Positions 58,201 through 64,000 of a DNA stretch of 64,000 nucleotides are shown piece by piece. How positions within the stretch are numbered: the stretch's first letter is position 1; every line of letters starts with the position of its first letter. The notes under the pieces are model-generated. The model saw only the letters and a program-made list of their open reading frames with translations, had not been told where the DNA came from and did no database searches. This stretch comes from Leucoraja ocellata (Eukaryota). The position numbers and the translations under genes are program-made. The stretch spans positions 7,440,001 to 7,504,000 of the forward strand of contig JAWMAR010000058.1 in assembly GCA_036785375.1 (NCBI GenBank), written 5' to 3'.

Positions 58201-60195
58201 GGGAATTACAGGCTGGTGAGCCTCCAGTTGTAGGGTCTTGGACAGGAACATAGGTAGAAAAGATTTGTTATGAGGGATATGGGCCAAAAGTGGGCAAATG
58301 GGATATTAACCAGGGATTACAGCCTTTTCTGTTGACACGAAGTAGCACAGTGTAATGAGGTGGGGGTGGGGGGTGGAGGAGTGGAGGTTGGTCAGAGGGC
58401 TGGGGTGGGCTGTGTTGCATCCATGTGGCAAAATGGTCCAAGCTAGAATATCTTCCTGGGGGTGGAAATGTCTCCCAGACCCCTGCAATATGTTGGTCTC
58501 GGCAAATTGCTTTTTTTAATTAGAATTTTATGTGGGCTGTGCCTGGTAGATTATCTGAACTTACATGCTCTTATGTTTCTATTTCATAACTAACTTTAAT
58601 CATCCTCCTTGCAGTTTGCATAAAGTGCTCTTCACTGAACAGCCGGAGACATACTACAAATGGGATAATTGGCCTCCAGAAAGTGACAGAAAGTAAGCAC
58701 TTTGTTTCCAATAGTTTCCACACTCCCAGTGATGCACGAGCACAATTCCCTCACAATATTGCTGTAGAATCAGTTCCGACATCAGCTGGTGACTAGTTAC
58801 TGTCCAAAGGCAAGAATGTGTTTTCACCAACTATGCTGTGTTATTGTGTTTCCGCAGTATTATAATGGGCCTTAAGCGCCCTAGGTCACTGAGAGAGTAA
58901 GTAAGCCAATGGTATCCAGAATTGGGTTGGACTCTTTTGTGATGCTTCCTCACCAACGTAGGGTCCGTTAGCTTGGTAATGTTCACTATCTGTGCTTACA
59001 GATGAGGAATGTTTATCCTCAGAATGAAAATGAAATACCCACTTGTGTGTATATCTCATCATTTATATAAGAGGTATAATTGCTATGGAGGCAGATCAGA
59101 TAATGCTTGCTAAATTGATTCCTGGCTTGAAGGGTTGCGGTTGTATCATTTGGAGTTTAGAAGAATAAGAAGCAATCATGTTGAATTGTTAGAAGATGTT
59201 TCTCCACTGCAGGAGTCTAGAGCTAGGGAACAGTTTCAGCAAATGAGTCTCCATTTAAGGCAATTTATTTTCTGAGGAGGTGGGAGGAGCGGCATGGAGA
59301 TCTTGAATTTTTAGATCCTTTACTGCAGGGAACTGCGATGGCTGATGAACTTTTTGACAGTAGGCTGGTGGAAGGTTTCAGGGATCCAGCAGAAATGGAG
59401 TACTGGCTGAGATCAGTTCAGCCGTGGTATTATAGAATAGCTGAGCAATGTCTGAGTCACGTGGCCCATACTTTATGGTGTGCTTCAACTTCACTTCTGA
59501 CATTGACTAGAATAAGGACTTTGATTATAAAGGCAAATTAACCACAGCCCATTTTTGCCAGTGATTGAGGTGGGGGAAAGGGGGTGGGGAGTGAAAGCAA
59601 CTGAAATTGCTTCCTTAGGGCACAGAAGACAATGAAAAGATTTAATAAACACATTCAAAGATTTGACTGATTATATAATATTTTTTAATAGAGTAGCTCG
59701 GTAGATGCTGTTTCTATTTCAGGGAGCGCTGGTGTCCAGAGGAGAAAGATTTAACATAATTGGTTCAAAATCCATTGGGGCAAATGAATATTTATGCAGT
59801 GAATTATGATCAACAGTGCATTGCCTGCAAGGATTGATAGAAGTGGTTTCAGTAGTAACTTTTTAAATGAATTTGGATAAATACTTAAAAATAGGAATAA
59901 TTAGCACGGCTTCAGGGAAAGATAAGAGAAATTTAGATTAATTAGGTTGCTGCGAAAGAATCAGCATAGACAAGAGGGTTAAGTGTCCTCCAAGTGCATG
60001 AATCTGTGAAAGCTGGTAATTCCTTATCCCTTTTCAGCTTCTTTCTTCGGCTGTGCTCTGAGGTCCCACTCCTGGAGGACACCCTGATGCGGATCCTGGT
60101 CATTGGATTATCACGGGATTTAGCTCTGGGGCCGGCTGATGCGATGGAATTAGCCGACCATCTGGTGAAACGAGCTGCATTGGTGCAGGCTGATG
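40189..60195 (+). CDS. INTS1: Integrator complex subunit 1; first 14 coding exons, 3'-partial
   Basis: Starts MNRPKAVAIRRPSSAKPSGHPPPGDFIALGSK; later WPEIFVKVYIEDSLGERIWVD, LEMWLQNPKLTRPAQDLL, IFNELSNARNPNNMQ, YYKWDNWPPESDR. Near-identical to recalled vertebrate INTS1. All junctions are GT-AG and in frame. Confidence 0.96.
41216..41497 (+). CDS. INTS1: INTS1 coding exon 2
   Basis: 282 bp; HPPPGDFIALGSK...KEPSVVPIE. Confidence 0.95.
42562..42758 (+). CDS. INTS1: INTS1 coding exon 3
   Basis: 197 bp; PPAALLDEIEAAE...KPNVFATEGVIE. Confidence 0.95.
43689..43826 (+). CDS. INTS1: INTS1 coding exon 4
   Basis: 138 bp; ALCSLLRRDAAINFK...NWPEIFVK. Confidence 0.95.
44384..45230 (-). mobile_element. 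CpG-rich non-autonomous retroposon with Rex-type tail
   Basis: Minus strand starts AGGGGGCGCTG, then T tract, poly-G, GC-rich body, tail ...CACTACACCTGGGTGTATGTGAATGTGACTAATAAAA; TGTCAAA near both flanks. Confidence 0.65.
45391..45720 (-). mobile_element. Short member of the same AGGGGGCGCTG-headed family, inserted into a Penelope pseudo-LTR
   Basis: Head AGGGGGCGCTG; tail ...GTGTGGCAATAAA; splits CTGAGGAAGGGTCT|...|TCTTGACCCGAAA. Confidence 0.65.
46062..46221 (+). CDS. INTS1: INTS1 coding exon 5
   Basis: 160 bp; VYIEDSLGERIWVDSHQCKTFVENIQTAFNT... Confidence 0.95.
46802..46910 (+). CDS. INTS1: INTS1 coding exon 6
   Basis: 109 bp; GSPHPSTPDDDDNQAELLIAEEKMSPDVEAGQVMPR. Confidence 0.92.
47279..47465 (+). 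CDS. INTS1: INTS1 coding exon 7
   Basis: 187 bp; YEDLAESVEDYV...RLEMWLQNPK. Confidence 0.95.
48895..49180 (+). mobile_element. HE1-like V-SINE
   Basis: GGGCAGCACAGTGGCACAATGGTAGAGTTGCTGCC head; CTAAAA-repeat tail. Confidence 0.75.
49314..49459 (+). CDS. INTS1: INTS1 coding exon 8
   Basis: 146 bp; LTRPAQDLLMSVCTNC...IKIRLKPKVLLNHYMLCI. Confidence 0.95.
50596..50737 (+). CDS. INTS1: INTS1 coding exon 9
   Basis: 142 bp; ELLNAHRDNLGTLVKLVIFNELSNARNPNNMQVLYTVLQHNSELAPK. Confidence 0.95.
51250..51570 (-). mobile_element. CR1-like LINE 3' fragment
   Basis: VERIFPLMGESRTRGQSLRIKGRSFRKE...FFCQKVVNL. Confidence 0.75.
51835..52080 (-). mobile_element. HE1-like V-SINE
   Basis: Reverse-complement copy. 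Confidence 0.72.
52854..53030 (+). CDS. INTS1: INTS1 coding exon 10
   Basis: 177 bp; YLAMVFQDLLTNKDDYLRASRALLREIIKQTKHEINF...MEFK. Confidence 0.95.
54381..54489 (+). CDS. INTS1: INTS1 coding exon 11
   Basis: 109 bp; ERFVIQVTDLLTLSMMLGITAQVKEAGLAWDKGEK. Confidence 0.95.
56864..56984 (+). CDS. INTS1: INTS1 coding exon 12
   Basis: 121 bp; LEGLRAFQTQIATIQRDTVWWLHTVVPTVCKLNPKDYIH; acceptor aag. Confidence 0.92.
58615..58692 (+). CDS. INTS1: INTS1 coding exon 13
   Basis: 78 bp; LHKVLFTEQPETYYKWDNWPPESDR. Confidence 0.95.
60038..60195 (+). CDS. INTS1: INTS1 coding exon 14
   Basis: 158 bp; FFLRLCSEVPLLEDTLMRILVIGLSRDLALGPADAMELADHLVKRAALVQAD. Confidence 0.95.
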
Positions 60196-61468
60196 GTAAC
60201 GTGGCCGGTAGCTTGCATTTGTTATTCTTTTTCTTTATTGCTATTTGTCCCAGGGTATGGTGAAAAATGGTGTTTGCATGCTGTCCAGTTAAATCATGCT
60301 ATACATGAGTATAATCAAGTACAACAGATAATGCCAAGAGAAAAATACCAGAGTGTAGAATAGTGTATTGCAGCATTATAGTGTTACAGCTACAGAGAAA
60401 GTGCAGATATAAAAAAAGTACAAGACTGCAATGAGGGAGGTTGGGAGATCGGGACTACATCCTTAGTTTATGAGGGAGGTTGCAAGAACGGGTCTATTTG
60501 CTTATCTTATGAGTTTATTAATGCGGACATTTTTAATCCTTCCCTGAAGACGGTGATTGGTCATTTTCTTGAGTGCACAGTTAGTTTGAGGATTGCTTTC
60601 CTTTGTACAGTTTCAAAAACAGTGAATTCTTTTGGCAAATGCCTGGGAAAACCTTGATTTTCAACATTCTCCCCAAAGGTTCATGGCATCCAGACAAGGA
60701 GATGTATTTGCACTTTCTTCAATGTGCTAGATCCCCCCGATCATTACCCTAAACAGTAATATGAGAGCCTCTCTACCACATGATTGCAGCGGTCAAGAAG
60801 AACTATTACAACACCTTCTCAGTCTCGTAAGGGCTTGTCATTGATGCCCACGTCGCCAGAATAATTTTGTTTTTAAATACCCTATTATGATCAGGTACAA
60901 CAGAATGAACACCAATGGCCTTCACACCTAATAAGGAAAATGCTCTATTTGCTATGCATGCATAGAGCACTTGTCAATTTAACACATGCTCTTGATGCTA
61001 GTTTATCAGTAGGAATTGTGAATGTGTTCATTTGTAGTCAATAACTGGACACGAACATGTCAATCTAATGCATCATGTGATATTTTATCTTGGAATACTT
61101 CAGTTTTAATTTCTTCTGCCGCGCTTGTTTATAAGAATCTTCTCTACTAACAGGAGCAGTTTTGCTGCATCTACCCTCGTGAATCCCTCTGTTATTTTAA
61201 CCAACTCAATTATATTTCTTCTCAGTCATCTAAACTCCGGGATTACATATCAAGTTTGTACAAACATCGCCGGAATAGGCGCTGTTCTCAACATTGAATC
61301 ATAGAGTCGTAGAGTACAGCATGGAAACAGGCCCTTCGACTCAACCTATCCATATACCTGTCCAAATATATTTAAAACTACTTGCCTCAGTTACCTCTTC
61401 TGGCAGCTTGTTCCAAATACTCATCATCCTCTGATTGTAAAAGTTGCCCCTCTGGTATCTATAAAATA

Positions 61469-62646
61469 CTAGACCAAGTGCAGACCCGTTGGGCCTGTTC
61501 CCCCAATGTGCAGTTGTGGGGGGGGGGGAGGGGGGGGAGGCGGCACGCAGCGTCACACACACTAACTATCCCACCCCCCCCTACCCCCACCGCACTCATG
61601 CTAATTACCCCCTTGATATTATATTAATATTATTAATATGCTCCTTTTACCCCATAACCACCCTATCTACTGATCTTGCATCACATCTAGAGGGAGGGGG
61701 GGGGGGGGTAGAGAGTGAGGACAGAGAGAGAAGGGGCAGAGGCAGAGAGAGAGACAGAGACACAGAGAGAGGGGCAAGGTAGATAGATAGATCCTTTATT
61801 GTCATTCAGAACTTTTGGTCTGAACAAAATTAAGAGGGATAGGGGAGTGGAGAGGAGGATAAGAGGGAGGGTGGGTGAGGGGGGAGAGGAGGGGAGGAGA
61901 GAGAGAGGGTGAGAGTGAGGGGGAGAGAGAGGGGGTGCTGAGAGGGGGGTGAGGAGGGGAGCAGGGAGGGAGGGGGGTGGGTGGAGGGAAGAGGGTAGGG
62001 GGTGTGGAGGGGAGGGTGGGGAGGGGAGAGAGGGGGGTAGGAGAGGGGTGAGGAGGGGGAGAGGAGAGGGGGAGAGGGGGAGAGGGGGGAGGAGGAGAGG
62101 GGGGGAGAGGAGAGGGGAGGGGGAGAGGAAAGGGGGGGGGAGAACCTAAAATACATTTTAGAACCAAAAAAGTCACATTCTGCAAGCATTGTAGAACCAA
62201 AAAAGACACTTTTTGCAAACATTTTAGAACCAATAAACACTTTTTGCAAACATTTTAGAACCAATACACACATTCTGCAAGCGTTTTAGAACCACTAAGG
62301 ACACTTACATTTGATTAGACATGTGTTCAGTGTTATTCACAGCTCAGAGAAACGTGACCCTCTGCCTTCCTCCAGCTTGCAGACACTGATTGAGGCACAC
62401 CACTTCCTGGTTTTATAGTCCCTCCCCCCTGCCGCCAGCGGGGGCAGCAGAGAGAATGGGGAATTTTGTAAAATCATTAATATCTCTGTCATTTTTCATC
62501 GACGGGAAAAATCCTTGGCACACCTGTGGCGGAGGGGGGCTCTGAGCAAGGTGGCCAAAAATGACGGCCGTAGGTAGTGGCATTCTCTCGGAAATCACAG
62601 CACAGATGACCAAAACCGGTCAAGAACACACTTTTAGTAATATAGA
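61469..62646 (-). mobile_element. Non-autonomous Helitron
   Basis: Minus strand reads A|TCTATATTAC...CTAG|T. Subterminal hairpin AGGCCC-AAC-GGGTCT (61482-61496). No TSD. Splits a CR1 fragment. Contains a G/A-rich tract and ~33-bp tandem repeats. Confidence 0.88.
62150..62300. repeat. ~32-33-bp tandem repeat (CATTTTAGAACCAA...TGCAAA/G) inside the Helitron
   Basis: About 4-5 imperfect copies. Confidence 0.8.
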
Positions 62647-64000
62647 TTTCCCCTCTCACCTTAAACCTATGTACTCTGGTCCTTCACTCCCCTACTCTGG
62701 GTAAAAGACTCTGAATAGGCATTCACCCTATCTATCCTCTCATGATTTTATACACCTCTATAACGTGTGTACAAACCCTCAGCTTCCTGCATTCCAAGGA
62801 ATAAAGTCCGAGCCTGCCCAACTTTTCCCTATAGCTCAGCCTCTTGAATCCTGGCAACATCCTCGTAAATCTTCTCTTCGCTCTTTCCAGCTTAATGACA
62901 GCCTTTCTATAACAGAGTGACCAAAACTGAACATGAGACTCCAAATGTGGCATCACCAATGTGCTGTGCAACTGTAACGTAACATCACAACTTCTATACT
63001 CAATGCTCTGACTGATGAAGGCCATTGTAAGCCTTCTTGCCCACTCTATTTCCTGTGACATCACTTACAGGGAACCATCCCTCAGCCCACTTGCCCAGCT
63101 GATCAAGTGATTTTTAATAACCATCTTCAATGTCTACCATTCCCTTCTTTAATATAATGCTCCACTGTCGACATCTCTGTTGTCTGTATTTGTCTTCAGA
63201 TATTTTTTTCAAAATAAAGCATATGCTGATACTATTGCAAGGTAATACATAGAAGGAATACATCTTTAAGTAGCTAAAAAAGAGGCTGCTGAGGATCACC
63301 AGATTTCAAGGTTTCACAGAGGTCTGATAACTGGACAGTATGATATGTTGTTTATGAAATAAAATGATAACAGACTGTCAGGTGTAGAGGGAGCTGCTAT
63401 TCTACTCTTGTTTAGTAATTGCTTAATGCTCATTGTACAGCATTCTTTGGGATTGAGTCACATTTAAAAAATCTTTTCTGCTCCCATCCTTTTGGCACAG
63501 GGATTGGTAGGGTAGATTCAGAAATAATATTTCCTTTAGCAGCGATATCTCAAACCAAATCTCAGTATTTACCCAGAGAGTGGTGAACCCGTGGAGTTCC
63601 CTATCTTTGGTCTGGAGGCCTGGTTTCTGGCCTCGGGAATGCATGAACGGATAAGGGGAAAACAGAGAGATAGTGTTGGCAATAAAGGATCAGCCATGAT
63701 TGTATTGAGCTGAGGCTGGAAGGATTTATTGTCCTACCCCTTCACCTATTTTGCGATATTTCTCCCAGTATCAGTAATAGAGTATCTGGGATGTTGTCAC
63801 TTATGATGCTCATAAGTGATAGGAGCAGAATTAGGCCATTCGGCCCATCATCTCCTCCATTCAGTCATGGCTGATCTTTCCCTCTGAACCCCATTCTCCT
63901 GCCTTCTCACCATAACCCATGACACCCATACTAATCAAGAAGCTATCTATCTCTGCCTTAAAAATAGCCATTTACGGCCTCCACACCCTTCCACAGATTC

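Larger units (their letters stand above)
61297..63100 (-). mobile_element. CR1-like LINE fragment split by the Helitron
   Basis: LHSTLVMPHLESHVQFWSLCYRK.VIKLER..RRFTRMLPG..LSYREKL (CR1 ORF2); sequence is contiguous across 61468|62647. Confidence 0.8.

Noticed and set aside
61802-62273. Pro-rich and Gly/Arg-rich ORFs
   Set aside because: Translations of a low-complexity G/A tract inside the Helitron.

Overview
Eukaryotic (vertebrate) genomic DNA. The repeat content (HE1/V-SINE-like, CR1/HER1-like, Deu-SINE-like, Penelope-like) suggests a cartilaginous fish, probably a skate or ray; this is inference. Three intron-containing genes were reconstructed by hand from GT-AG boundaries and recalled homology. 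(1) The 3' 16 coding exons of a lysosomal alpha-glucosidase (GAA-like, GH31; + strand, 2474-21170). (2) A convergent stand-alone NUDT9-like ADP-ribose pyrophosphatase (- strand, 33122-24736) with a single 1-bp deletion inside its Nudix box. (3) The first 14 coding exons of INTS1 (+ strand, 40189-60195, continuing past the window). NUDT9-like and INTS1 diverge from a short CpG-rich CRE/CCAAT region that abuts a ~1.1-kb array of a 19-bp minisatellite. Introns are dense with mobile elements: Penelope-like remnants and pseudo-LTRs carrying hammerhead-ribozyme core motifs, a complete non-autonomous Helitron nested in a CR1 LINE, hAT and Harbinger MITEs with target-site duplications, and a CpG-rich non-autonomous retroposon family with Rex/Babar-type tails. 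Almost all ORFs in the supplied track are spurious or only overlap single exons or repeats. No prokaryotic system and no CRISPR array were found. Family assignments and comparisons to human proteins are from memory, not from database searches.
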